A stretch of 64,000 nt of DNA, from sequence record MW879344.1; one strand, given 5' to 3'. The notes under the pieces are model-generated. The model made no database searches. It worked only from the letters and a program-made list of their open reading frames with translations, and was not told the origin of the DNA. Numbering within the stretch: the first letter of the stretch is position 1; each line of letters begins with the position of its first letter. Of the stretch, positions 22,996-32,520 are shown piece after piece. The position numbers were made by a program, and so were the translations under genes.

Positions 22996-23698
22996 AGGGG
23001 CGGCTAAAGCCCCTATTTTTAAATGTAGATTTTGTGATAAAGAATTTAAACGTGAAGGTACGTTAATCACTCACAATTGTATTAAACGTGATCGATACAA
23101 TGATCGTGAATCTCGTCCCATGCGTGAAGCATATCGTTTATACATGATGTTCATGGAAGCTCATAGGCTTGCAATGAAAAAATCAGAAGAACCGTTAATG
23201 CAATTCATAAAATCAAGATACTTCAATGATTTCTTTGATTTCGGTCAATATATTTTATCCCATGATATTCTAAATAAAGAACAATTCATAAAGTACATTT
23301 TGACAAGTGGGAAACCAGTTTTTGAATGGCAATCACCAAAAGTACATGAAGAATGGGTTATAAAATGTATTCGTGAAGAACATCCACGTAGAGCTATCGA
23401 GCGTTCTATAAATGCATTGGTAGAATGGGGAAATGTAACTGATAATGATTGGGTAGATTTCTTTGAGAATGTTAGTACTGAACGTGCTATCATGTGGTTT
23501 GAATCAGGTAAGGTTTCACCGTGGCTAATTTACATTGCTGAACCAGCAAGTGGTAATAAACTTTTAAACAGATTCGGTGATTCAGAATTAGATTATCTAG
23601 TACGTTTTATAGATCCTACATACTTCAAAATACTTCAAATTCGATATAAGGATGAAGTACAAGAAATACGCAGTTTATTAACAGAGGCAGGACTATGA
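22979..23698 (+). CDS. hypothetical protein with N-terminal C2H2-like zinc finger
   Basis: FKCRFCDKEFKREGTLITHNC. Confidence 0.7.
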   Translation: MAKTIKGAAKAPIFKCRFCDKEFKREGTLITHNCIKRDRYNDRESRPMREAYRLYMMFMEAHRLAMKKSEEPLMQFIKSRYFNDFFDFGQYILSHDILNKEQFIKYILTSGKPVFEWQSPKVHEEWVIKCIREEHPRRAIERSINALVEWGNVTDNDWVDFFENVSTERAIMWFESGKVSPWLIYIAEPASGNKLLNRFGDSELDYLVRFIDPTYFKILQIRYKDEVQEIRSLLTEAGL

Positions 23699-24045
23699 AA
23701 AGTAAAATTTATGCTGAACAAGAATTAACCGATGAAGAAAAGAAACAAAAAGAAGAACTGAAGGAAGATGCAAAACAGTTATCAGTACTGAGACAAGGCA
23801 CAGTAACTGAAATCACAATGGGTGGACAAACTTTTCAAGTATCTGACCCTAAAAGGATTGAACAAGCAATATCTTTCTTAGAGAGACATGAAGAATCTTT
23901 ATTCACATTAAGACAACGAATTAAAGAACAGAACAAAGCAATAAATGTATTAATTCAAGAAATTGAAAAATTGAAAGCTGATGTTCAAAGATTGAAAGAG
24001 GAAAGTAATAATGGATTTGGATCACAAGAGTACTCAAACTATTAA
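23695..24045 (+). CDS. coiled-coil hypothetical protein
   Basis: Heptad LRQRIKEQNKAINVLIQEIEKLKADVQRL. Confidence 0.65.
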   Translation: MKSKIYAEQELTDEEKKQKEELKEDAKQLSVLRQGTVTEITMGGQTFQVSDPKRIEQAISFLERHEESLFTLRQRIKEQNKAINVLIQEIEKLKADVQRLKEESNNGFGSQEYSNY

Positions 24046-24661
24046 TTACAGGAAAGCAAGAACTGATGTTGACATTGATTTTAAAGATGGGAAATCAGTT
24101 ATTGAACAACTTCCTTGTACTAGAAGTGTTGAGAAAATTACAGAAGATGGATTGATACCGCATAATAGTGGTGTACATTTTGATAATATCCCTGTAGATC
24201 CAATTACTGGACTCGCATCTATACAATACAAAGAAGCCGAAAGATTAGGATACCAAAAAGTGGATATTTTGTCTCAATCGGCTTATGAACATGTACGTGA
24301 TCGAAATCACTTAAAAGAACTAATGAATAAAGAACCAGATTGGGATTTATTATTAGTACCTGAAATAGTAGAACAGTTGTCTCAAATTAAGAAACATATA
24401 ACTTTATTACATGTGTGGCGACCTAGTAGTATCGATGAATTAGCTATGTTTATTGCTATGATACGTCCAGGAAAACGTCAATGTCAAAGTATGAATAGTT
24501 GGGATGAAGTGCGGGCTGTTATTTGGGATTATGATAGTATTGGACTCGATGCAGAAGGTAGAAAGTTAAGATACTTTAAAAAACCTCATGCATACGCATA
24601 TAGTTTGATGATTGTGGTTCAGTTAAATGCTTTAGTAGAATTTCTTACTTCTTCTTCTTGA
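24011..24661 (+). CDS. dnaE: DNA polymerase III alpha (DnaE)-like catalytic palm/fingers fragment (C-part of a split enzyme)
   Basis: TDVDIDF (=PDFDVDF), HNSGV (=HAAGV), QKVDIL (=KFDFL), DELAMFIAMIRPG, FKKPHAYAY (=FNKSHSAAY). Confidence 0.9.
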   Translation: MDLDHKSTQTINYRKARTDVDIDFKDGKSVIEQLPCTRSVEKITEDGLIPHNSGVHFDNIPVDPITGLASIQYKEAERLGYQKVDILSQSAYEHVRDRNHLKELMNKEPDWDLLLVPEIVEQLSQIKKHITLLHVWRPSSIDELAMFIAMIRPGKRQCQSMNSWDEVRAVIWDYDSIGLDAEGRKLRYFKKPHAYAYSLMIVVQLNALVEFLTSSS

Positions 24662-24998
24662 GAGCAATATTTCTACGTTTAATCCGTTTCGTCGGTAGAT
24701 CACTTAAAGATATTACTGGTCCAGAAATTACTTTCACATGATCAGTATTAAAACGTTTTGTATAGTTTTCGAATTTTTCCATTTCCTCTTGCATAAAAAG
24801 GCAAATCGGAATAGTTCGATTACTTTGCCACCACCAGTTATTGGCTAAAAGTAGCAATTCTTCTTGAAGGGATTCTTCCATCTCATGAAAACAATATAAA
24901 GTCATGTATTGTTTACTTTTGATTTTAATAATCCCATAATAGATTACATCGTCGTGCTCTATGACCGTCACGAACGGATAAGTTTTGTGTTCATTCAT
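24645..24998 (-). CDS. hypothetical protein
   Basis: 117 aa with basic C-terminus; convergent 17-nt overlap with the dnaE fragment; late motif upstream. Confidence 0.7.
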   Translation of the reverse strand: MNEHKTYPFVTVIEHDDVIYYGIIKIKSKQYMTLYCFHEMEESLQEELLLLANNWWWQSNRTIPICLFMQEEMEKFENYTKRFNTDHVKVISGPVISLSDLPTKRIKRRNIALKKKK

Positions 24999-25007
24999 AG
25001 GACTTCC

Positions 25008-25046
25008 ATAAATATTGTATAAAATGATAAATTATATATTATTTAT
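25008..25046. promoter_or_regulatory. overlapping divergent late promoters
   Basis: ATAAATA on + at 25008-25014 and on - at 25046-25040, between divergent genes. Confidence 0.55.
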
Positions 25047-25058
25047 AGAGGTTAAAAC

Positions 25059-26030
25059 ATGGCACATTTCGGCGTATATATGTATCCTTATAATAACGAA
25101 GTTTCTCTTGGCAATTTTAATATGCCTTTTAATAATGAGAAATTGACAATTTATAGAGGTGCAAACAATCCAATCAGTTTTACAGTACATAATGCTGATG
25201 GAAAGTACACACTACTAAGCGACAATCAATATCTTGTATTCAGTATTTTTGATGCTCGAAACGATACAAGAATTTTCGAAGTACTTCTTGAAAAGCTTTT
25301 ACCATCATGGGTATCAGAAGCTGGTCAAGCAAGACCAACAATTAATAACAAACAAAAAGTCTACTATGGCTGTATTGTACCTGCGGGTGTTCTACAAGAT
25401 TTAAGTGTAGGTTCTAAGTACCGTTGGAGTATAACAAAAGTTACCATGAATGGTGATTTAATTGAACCAACCGAGTACTTATACACTGGATTAAATTTTG
25501 AAGCAAGTTCAGAATTAATACTAAGTAATTTAGCAGCACCAACATTTACTCCTAGTCAAGAAATCAGTGCACAACGTAATGCCTCTTGGTTACCTATAAA
25601 GGACAAAGAACAAAAACCTATTAGTAATGGGCTTTTTGGTGATTACGATGTTATGCATTCATCTCCATTGAGGGCTGACGCACAATATGGTTTAGTGGAC
25701 GGTTTAAGTACTGCTGCATTTTATTTCCATAATTTTATTGGTAGAGTACAACTACAAGGTTGCCTTTCTAATGAAACACCAAAGGACGCAGAAGATTACA
25801 AATGGTTCATCATTAAGTTAGATGGGAAAGAATATATAGATAATCCAACTGACCCTAATGGTATTCCTATACCAATGGATGGTATACGTGCATTTAATTT
25901 CCACGGACAACTTATGTGGGTTCGTGTTGTATGTGCAATTCCACCAATTGTTAAGAACTATCCACCTAATGTAATTAAGAAGGATTACAATCCTTTAAAT
26001 ACGATTCCTAAGATTCTAATCCGTAGATAA
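25059..26030 (+). CDS. putative virion structural protein
   Basis: Late motif, beta-rich, GAGG SD. Confidence 0.55.
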   Translation: MAHFGVYMYPYNNEVSLGNFNMPFNNEKLTIYRGANNPISFTVHNADGKYTLLSDNQYLVFSIFDARNDTRIFEVLLEKLLPSWVSEAGQARPTINNKQKVYYGCIVPAGVLQDLSVGSKYRWSITKVTMNGDLIEPTEYLYTGLNFEASSELILSNLAAPTFTPSQEISAQRNASWLPIKDKEQKPISNGLFGDYDVMHSSPLRADAQYGLVDGLSTAAFYFHNFIGRVQLQGCLSNETPKDAEDYKWFIIKLDGKEYIDNPTDPNGIPIPMDGIRAFNFHGQLMWVRVVCAIPPIVKNYPPNVIKKDYNPLNTIPKILIRR

Positions 26031-26031
26031 T

Positions 26032-26060
26032 TGGAATGTCCTATAAAAATGTGGTATAAT
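26032..26060 (+). promoter_or_regulatory. middle-type promoter TGGAAT-N17-TATAAT
   Basis: Directly ahead of the primase-helicase operon. Confidence 0.82.
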
Positions 26061-26089
26061 ATTTGGAGTACAGTCATAAAAGGAATTGA

Positions 26090-27136
26090 ATGATGAATCA
26101 AGTACAAAATATTATCGCAAACATTGTCCACGATCCTGCACCAATTATGGATCGTTGGAATCAACATAATTGCCCTGCTTGTACATCTAGAGGGCAATCA
26201 AGACCTGATACAAAAGGCCGTGGCAACCACATGTTCTTGAACGATGGTTCTGTAGCCTATAATTGTTTCAACTGCCACTTAAAGACTGTATGGACACCTG
26301 GAAAGTACATTAGTAAAGATATGGATGCTTTACTAAGATCTTATGGTGCATCAGAAAAAGAAATGGCACAAATAAAATTCATCGTTAAAGAAATGGTAGA
26401 AAGCGGTGACTATGAAGTACAGGAAAACAGTGCTTCAAAAATCTATCAAAAAATAGTAAGACGTGAACTACCTCAAGGTGCAAGACCATTTTTGGATTGG
26501 GCTAATGATCCTGTCATTCCACCTGACTTTATTAAAGTCATTAATGCAATTAATGAGCGTAATCCGTATATGCTGGACTTAGATTTATATTGGAGTCCAT
26601 CGAAAGAATTTTACATGCATCAACGTTTTATCATTCCATATTATATGAATGGTCAAATTATTGGTTATACTGCTCGGCATATGGACGTAAATAGCGAATA
26701 TCGTTATAGAAATCAAGTAAGCACGAGCATTTTTTATAACTTCGATTTGTTGAATGATGATCGGGTTAAAGTAATATTAGTTGCAGAAGGACCAATTGAT
26801 GCTGCACTAATGGGTGGTTTATCTGCAAATAACTATTTCTTATGTGCATCTCAATTGGAGTTGTTGCATAAAGCACAAGAACGTGGTAAAAAAATAGTTA
26901 TTGTACCAGATAGAGATAAAGATGGTTTAGTAACAATAGAACAAGCAATAGAGCACGGATTCAGTGTAGCAATGCCTGACTTTGGTGCTGTACGTGATGA
27001 AAATGGAATTCGTCACATTAAGGATTTTGATGAAGCATGTGCTAAATTTGGTAGATTATTCTGTTTACAGATGATTCACAATAGCATCTATGATGATAAA
27101 TTCGATATAAGAGTACAAACTGAAAAATGGATTTGA
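26090..27136 (+). CDS. gp61: DNA primase (gp61/DnaG-like)
   Basis: Zn ribbon CPAC..CFNC; TOPRIM EGPID and PDRD. Confidence 0.92.
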   Translation: MMNQVQNIIANIVHDPAPIMDRWNQHNCPACTSRGQSRPDTKGRGNHMFLNDGSVAYNCFNCHLKTVWTPGKYISKDMDALLRSYGASEKEMAQIKFIVKEMVESGDYEVQENSASKIYQKIVRRELPQGARPFLDWANDPVIPPDFIKVINAINERNPYMLDLDLYWSPSKEFYMHQRFIIPYYMNGQIIGYTARHMDVNSEYRYRNQVSTSIFYNFDLLNDDRVKVILVAEGPIDAALMGGLSANNYFLCASQLELLHKAQERGKKIVIVPDRDKDGLVTIEQAIEHGFSVAMPDFGAVRDENGIRHIKDFDEACAKFGRLFCLQMIHNSIYDDKFDIRVQTEKWI

Positions 27137-27143
27137 GGTTTAA

Positions 27144-28625
27144 ATGGCAATTAATACAAACACGGACGTTAAGAAATATGATATACAATACCAACTCTAT
27201 TTGCTATCGCAAATTTTTAGTACACCAGATTTATATGTAAGGTGTAAGAATGTATTAAAACCGGATTATTTTGATAAAGAATATCATTCTAGTATTCAAT
27301 ATGTACATGACTATTCTTCCAAATATAATGTAACTCCAACGTTAAATGACATTAAACACAATTCTGATTTTTCATTTAATGAAACTCCAGTTGGTGATTT
27401 GAATCAGCAAGCAGTACTTGATAGTGTTGGTGAATTTTGTCGTCATAAAGCTTTAGCTTTAGCAATCCAACAAGGAATGGAACTTGTAAACCAAAAACGT
27501 TATGGTGGAATTGAAGAACTCATTCGTGAAGCAATGTTGGTAACTGTACAAAATGATTTAGGTTTAGACATTTATGAAGATCCTGAAGAAGTTATTAGTT
27601 CACTAGCAAATATGCAAGGTACTTTTAAATCAGGATGGGAAACTCTTGATTATAAATTGTTTGGTGGTTTTGGTCGTCAAGAATTAGAAATATTTGCTGC
27701 TGCCTCCGGTGGTGGTAAATCTGTAGTACTTCAAAATTTGGCAGTTAATTTCAGTAAAGCTGGATTAAATGGTGCATATATTACATTAGAACTTGCAAAA
27801 GAATTGGTTGCAGTTCGTATCTATGGTATGTTAGTAAACACTGCTCAAAATCGTGTCAAAATTGATATTGATGAAACAGCGGCTAAAGTTAAGATTGAAG
27901 AAAGAACAAATGGTAAATTACGTATCCACCGTTTACCAGAATCCGTAACCACCGTTAATGATATTGAAAGTTATATTCGTGAACTACAAATTAAGACTGG
28001 TATTAAACTAGACTACGTTTGTGTTGACTACTTAGATCTATTAACATCAGATCGTTGTGGTCCAAATGATAAATCGAATGCTTTCGTAAAAGATAAGTTT
28101 GTATCGGAAGAATTACGTGCACTTGCAATGAAAATGGATTTAACTGTATTCACAGCTTGTCAGTTCAACCGTAGTGGTGTTAGTGGTGAAGATGTTAAAA
28201 GTCAAGCACAGATTGCTGGTGGTATTTCTAAAATCTATACTGCGGATAACGTAATTTATATTGATGCACGTAAAGAACGTGGTGAGATGGTATTTGACTT
28301 CCAAAAAACACGTAACAGTTCAGCAGTAGGTTCACGTCTAGTTATGTCATATGATGTAGATTCATTACGTGTACTAGATCATCAGCAAACTATTCAAGAA
28401 ATGCAGATTAATACTTCATTTAAACATAGTGGAAAAGTACTTATAGGTAATGGTAATTTGGCGGCACATCCAACAATATCTGCCCCAAGTGCGTTGAATA
28501 AGTTACAAAATACTTTAACAACAGTAAGTCAAAAAACGAACACTACTTTGCCAGATGATATAAATACAAAAAAGGCTGATGAGAAAGTTTCTAGTATGAG
28601 AAACTTTTTGAATGGTAGGACGTAA
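27144..28625 (+). CDS. gp41: replicative helicase (gp41/DnaB-like)
   Basis: ASGGGKS, YITLEL, VDYLDL, QFNRSG, QKTRNS. Confidence 0.95.
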   Translation: MAINTNTDVKKYDIQYQLYLLSQIFSTPDLYVRCKNVLKPDYFDKEYHSSIQYVHDYSSKYNVTPTLNDIKHNSDFSFNETPVGDLNQQAVLDSVGEFCRHKALALAIQQGMELVNQKRYGGIEELIREAMLVTVQNDLGLDIYEDPEEVISSLANMQGTFKSGWETLDYKLFGGFGRQELEIFAAASGGGKSVVLQNLAVNFSKAGLNGAYITLELAKELVAVRIYGMLVNTAQNRVKIDIDETAAKVKIEERTNGKLRIHRLPESVTTVNDIESYIRELQIKTGIKLDYVCVDYLDLLTSDRCGPNDKSNAFVKDKFVSEELRALAMKMDLTVFTACQFNRSGVSGEDVKSQAQIAGGISKIYTADNVIYIDARKERGEMVFDFQKTRNSSAVGSRLVMSYDVDSLRVLDHQQTIQEMQINTSFKHSGKVLIGNGNLAAHPTISAPSALNKLQNTLTTVSQKTNTTLPDDINTKKADEKVSSMRNFLNGRT

Positions 28626-28629
28626 AACT

Positions 28630-28899
28630 ATGGCAAATAAAAAGCACAATCTTCTGGATAGTATCGTTAACTATACTTCTGATAAAGAAAAATTACAAAG
28701 TTTGGGAAATCGTGCAGACCACGCAATCAATGCAGTTATAAACCTACTTGATAGTATAGAAGAAGATTTTGATCAAGAAGAAGCTGATGATTTAAGGCGT
28801 CGATTGTTTCTTAGTATTAAAAATCGTGACTATCGCAAATTCGAAAAAGGGCTAGAAAATTTAGCCCTATCAGACAAGCGTAAGAATAAAGGTGATTAA
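28630..28899 (+). CDS. hypothetical protein (start of a late head-protein cluster)
   Basis: TATAAATA at 28559-28566 inside the helicase 3' end; ATG 28630. Confidence 0.65.
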   Translation: MANKKHNLLDSIVNYTSDKEKLQSLGNRADHAINAVINLLDSIEEDFDQEEADDLRRRLFLSIKNRDYRKFEKGLENLALSDKRKNKGD

Positions 28900-28900
28900 T

Positions 28901-29065
28901 ATGAAAAATAAAAAGATTAATGAAAATGCTTCTTCTGGTGCTACAAGTGCTGGTAGTATTGCATCAGTAAGTGGTGGATTAAATTATCCTCTTATAAGCC
29001 GTTTACCTCCTACTAATTTCTTTGGCTATAAAGAATATAAACCTAAGAAAAAGAAAAAGGATTAA
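28901..29065 (+). CDS. small basic putative internal head protein (54 aa, absent from the ORF track)
   Basis: MKNKKINE|NASSGATSAGSIASVSGG...YKPKKKKKD; GGTGA SD; fills the gap between flanking genes exactly. Confidence 0.75.
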   Translation: MKNKKINENASSGATSAGSIASVSGGLNYPLISRLPPTNFFGYKEYKPKKKKKD

Positions 29066-29066
29066 T

Positions 29067-29465
29067 ATGAATTCCTATACATTTTATACAATTAATACTG
29101 TTATAGATATTGGGGATGGTAACACACCACCAATTAATGATGGTATTTTTACAGGGGCTATGAACCTTTGTAGATTAGTTGAAAGTGTAATGATATTTGA
29201 CAGACCTATGATGGTTAGTGTAGTAAGGACTGAAGTTGATTTGAGTAAAAACAATAATGCTGCATTCTATAATTTACCGTCAGCATGGGGTGAATGTATT
29301 GTTAGTACTTTTAAATTTGCACTACCTATGGATGTGAACGTAAACTGTAACGGTATTCCATTAGTACTTCCTACTGAAGTTAACGGCACTAGATTAACAA
29401 AGTTTAATAGTGTAACTTCAGAACGTAACATTAGTATTTCAAAGCAAACCTTTTCCCGTACATGA
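29067..29465 (+). CDS. hypothetical (putative virion) protein
   Basis: Start at ATG 29067 behind AAGGA; in the late cluster. Confidence 0.6.
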   Translation: MNSYTFYTINTVIDIGDGNTPPINDGIFTGAMNLCRLVESVMIFDRPMMVSVVRTEVDLSKNNNAAFYNLPSAWGECIVSTFKFALPMDVNVNCNGIPLVLPTEVNGTRLTKFNSVTSERNISISKQTFSRT

Positions 29466-29511
29466 TAAATATCTTCATGTACAGAAAAGGTTTTTCTTTT
29501 TGGAGATAATA

Positions 29512-30426
29512 ATGGATATACAACAAACAGCACAAGAGTTACAAAAGTTTGCAGATGCTAATGGATTGCAGATGGATGTTAACCAAGCATTGAGTGCAAT
29601 GGACGCTGGTGATTTCGTAGAAATTAACCAAGCAATGGATAATTCTGACAACAGAACTATCATGCAAGTATTACAAAAGTACAAAGCACGTACTAATGAA
29701 AATTATCAGTACTTTGATGGAACAACACTATCAGAATCTGACGAAATTAATAACATCAATTCAATGGGTGTAGATGCACTAATTGAAGCATATCGTGATA
29801 ATGTTCATGGAGCATTTTATGATTGTTCTCACTTAACACTAAGTGAAATGAGAACATTAGTGTATGAAGATCTTGCAAGTACTTTAAGTGCAAATCAAAC
29901 CGCTAATAGAAATACTACAACACAGCAAACACAAGTAAACCCACAAACTCAAGCTAAATTAAAACAGGCTGAATTGCAGCAAAATGCAAATAACAGTTCC
30001 TTTAAGGTTTCTGTTCCTGGTGATAGTTCTGGTACAACTCAAGTTGCACCTATTGTTGGCGTAGATGTTGGTCCAACACCACAGCAAACATTAGTTGTTA
30101 CTAAGAATAATGAAAAACCAAATCAAGTTAATGTATTTGGTTTAGATGATGTTCAGGCAGTACAAGAAGATGACGAACATGATGATGTGGGTTCACAAGA
30201 AGTTATGGCACCACAAGCACCTGCTGATAATATTGAACAGGTTGATTCACCATTTACTCAAGAAAATCCAGGATTAGGTGAATTATCACGTGAAATTGGA
30301 AGAATCGAAGGTGATCAATATGATACTTCAGGTGAAGAAAGTCCTGAAGGTAATGAAGCAATGAACAATGAAGATGAGATGATTTCTCAAATATTGGATT
30401 TTTGTTCACGGATGAGAGGTAGATAA
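29512..30426 (+). CDS. putative head protein, Q/N/D/E-rich
   Basis: ATAAATA at 29465-29471; GGAG SD; TNE/LSE/VQE motifs. Confidence 0.6.
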   Translation: MDIQQTAQELQKFADANGLQMDVNQALSAMDAGDFVEINQAMDNSDNRTIMQVLQKYKARTNENYQYFDGTTLSESDEINNINSMGVDALIEAYRDNVHGAFYDCSHLTLSEMRTLVYEDLASTLSANQTANRNTTTQQTQVNPQTQAKLKQAELQQNANNSSFKVSVPGDSSGTTQVAPIVGVDVGPTPQQTLVVTKNNEKPNQVNVFGLDDVQAVQEDDEHDDVGSQEVMAPQAPADNIEQVDSPFTQENPGLGELSREIGRIEGDQYDTSGEESPEGNEAMNNEDEMISQILDFCSRMRGR

Positions 30427-30644
30427 TGAGAGCAGTCGATACAAAAAATGGTTATTCTGTTATCGTATCGAATGAAGAATATCGCCTTATAAAAAAGATT
30501 GATGCAAACATTAAAGTTCCAGTTGAATCATTATCAGAGTACTATCAAGAATTGGGTGAAAAACTTTATTCTCGTGGTGTATTAAATAAAGAAGAAAATG
30601 ATGAAACTGAGTATTTTGTATCAATTAAAAGGAGTAAGCAATGA
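30426..30644 (+). CDS. hypothetical protein
   Basis: Translationally coupled 72-aa ORF. Confidence 0.65.
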   Translation: MRAVDTKNGYSVIVSNEEYRLIKKIDANIKVPVESLSEYYQELGEKLYSRGVLNKEENDETEYFVSIKRSKQ

Positions 30645-31444
30645 GTGATGATTTCGGAGAATGGGAACAACGTAAACAAGGTGTAGACCTTATGAGCGAT
30701 ATTATGTCTGCATTTGATGATATTGAAGAAGGTCGTCCTGTACCAAAAAAATTACCAGATGGAAGTACGTTTGTTAATGATTTCGACCAAATCAATCGTG
30801 CTGAAACTAAAAATCTTTTATATGCTCTCCAAGAAGTAACTGGAGAGTATGGTAATATTCATCAGGAAGATGCACAATATTATGATCAAGGTGGTTACCT
30901 TGGGGAATCTAATGACTATGATAGTGTATATGGTTATTATGAACCACAAGAAGGGGAAACGTTTATTCAAGACCCTTCCTATGTAAAAATGAAACAAGTT
31001 CAACCACAACAAAATGCATACAGTGCACCAGTACAGCAATCTAGGCCATATGTTCCAGGACAAAACTGGAGTATTATAGAAGAATCTGTACTTGGGATGA
31101 AAAGTGCAAAAGTATACAGTATTAAATGTAATGCAACAAATCAGGTTGTTATGGATAACATCATGATGTATGAATCTGCTTTAGCATTGAAAACTATACT
31201 TAATGACGGTAAAACATTGACAGATCCTAAAGTACTTGGTATTATCAGTTCTGGTATTCAATATACTAGAGTTATTACTGAAGCTATCAATGCAGCTAAG
31301 AAACGTCAACAAGTTCTAAAAGAATCACGGTACGATAAGGCTCAAGAACTTGATAAAGAAATTGCTGAACATAAAAGTAAAGCAACTGAACTTAAAGAGC
31401 GAGTACTAAACTTCTTACGAGAAGAAGGATTCATAACTAAATAA
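30641..31444 (+). CDS. hypothetical (putative head) protein
   Basis: Coupled ORF with AGGAG SD and C-terminal coiled coil. Confidence 0.6.
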   Translation: MSDDFGEWEQRKQGVDLMSDIMSAFDDIEEGRPVPKKLPDGSTFVNDFDQINRAETKNLLYALQEVTGEYGNIHQEDAQYYDQGGYLGESNDYDSVYGYYEPQEGETFIQDPSYVKMKQVQPQQNAYSAPVQQSRPYVPGQNWSIIEESVLGMKSAKVYSIKCNATNQVVMDNIMMYESALALKTILNDGKTLTDPKVLGIISSGIQYTRVITEAINAAKKRQQVLKESRYDKAQELDKEIAEHKSKATELKERVLNFLREEGFITK

Positions 31445-31476
31445 GGATAGAAATTTCATTTATAAGGAAATAACAA

Positions 31477-32133
31477 ATGACTAAACAATTTTCAAAGATG
31501 ATGGAATCTGCTAACCGCGTGGAAGCAATGAGTTTTATTCAACTTAATGAATCAAACATTGAAAAAGCTGAAATCGTTCTGGCGGTAAAAGGTGAAATCG
31601 TTGATAAGCTACAACGTCAAGCAGAAGTTATTAATAACATGGGCGTTGACGTACTTGGTCCATTGCTAGACCGTATTAAAGCTGAACATGGTGTTCCAGC
31701 AGCAGATTCATTCCGTAATAACATTAGTGGTCTATTGGATCATGCAGTAAAAACTATTATGGATGTTAAAGATAAAATCAGTACTGAAACTCTTAAACTT
31801 ACTGGTGATATTACTAGTTCTCCAGATGTTGCCGATTTAGGTTCAGACGAGGTGATTGATGACGTTTCACTTGATGTTGATGGTGATAACTTCGATTTTG
31901 AAGCTGACGCCGAACTAGGTGCAGAAGATGATCTAGATGCAGATATTATGAGTGAACCAACACCAATGGATCGTGAGATGAAAGAATCTGCTCAACCAAA
32001 ACGCTTCGGCATTCAACTAGAAAGTGTTAAAGGTACTGTTGGTAATAAGTATTTTAATTCCAAAAAAGAAATGAATACTTGGCTACAAGAGAACGAAAGT
32101 AAGATTGCTAAGGTAATCAAGATTCTAAAATAA
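31477..32133 (+). CDS. putative prohead core/scaffold-like protein
   Basis: Repeated MME/LNE/MKE/QLE motifs and an acidic linker. Confidence 0.5.
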   Translation: MTKQFSKMMESANRVEAMSFIQLNESNIEKAEIVLAVKGEIVDKLQRQAEVINNMGVDVLGPLLDRIKAEHGVPAADSFRNNISGLLDHAVKTIMDVKDKISTETLKLTGDITSSPDVADLGSDEVIDDVSLDVDGDNFDFEADAELGAEDDLDADIMSEPTPMDREMKESAQPKRFGIQLESVKGTVGNKYFNSKKEMNTWLQENESKIAKVIKILK

Positions 32134-32145
32134 TTGGAGGGTGAT

Positions 32146-32481
32146 ATGAGGTTCAGTCAGATAACCGAAGATGCACCAGGTAAAGATATACGTAATATGA
32201 TTAGTACTATAGCTTTATCATTAATCGCTACTGGTAGAGAACAAATAAGTATTCAATCATTGATTAATGAAATAAAAAAGCGTACTAATATCGATGTTCC
32301 ATATAATGTAATGATGGATATTCTTAATGAACTTCCATTTGTTCAGGATGCAAATTCTGATATGGTAACACTTCAAGGCTCTGATACATCACCTGATGGT
32401 GATAATGCAGAATCATCAGAAGAACAAGTTACTGATATGGCAACTAAAGCAGCATCATCAAATTTAAAACAAGATATTTGA
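32146..32481 (+). CDS. putative head protein
   Basis: Starts MRFSQITE|D, a T4-like cleavable leader; GGAGG SD. Confidence 0.55.
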   Translation: MRFSQITEDAPGKDIRNMISTIALSLIATGREQISIQSLINEIKKRTNIDVPYNVMMDILNELPFVQDANSDMVTLQGSDTSPDGDNAESSEEQVTDMATKAASSNLKQDI

Positions 32482-32507
32482 AACAAACGAAAAACATGTG
32501 CTATAAT
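32479..32507 (+). promoter_or_regulatory. middle-type promoter TGAAAC-N17-TATAAT
   Basis: Exact spacing, TGTGC before the -10. Confidence 0.82.
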
Positions 32508-32520
32508 ATAGGAGTACAGG

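Noticed and set aside
24011-24661. Split-intein (cyanobacterial DnaE-type) trans-splicing of the two dnaE fragments
   Set aside because: Neither fragment has intein N- or C-terminal blocks, and the split point differs from the cyanobacterial one.
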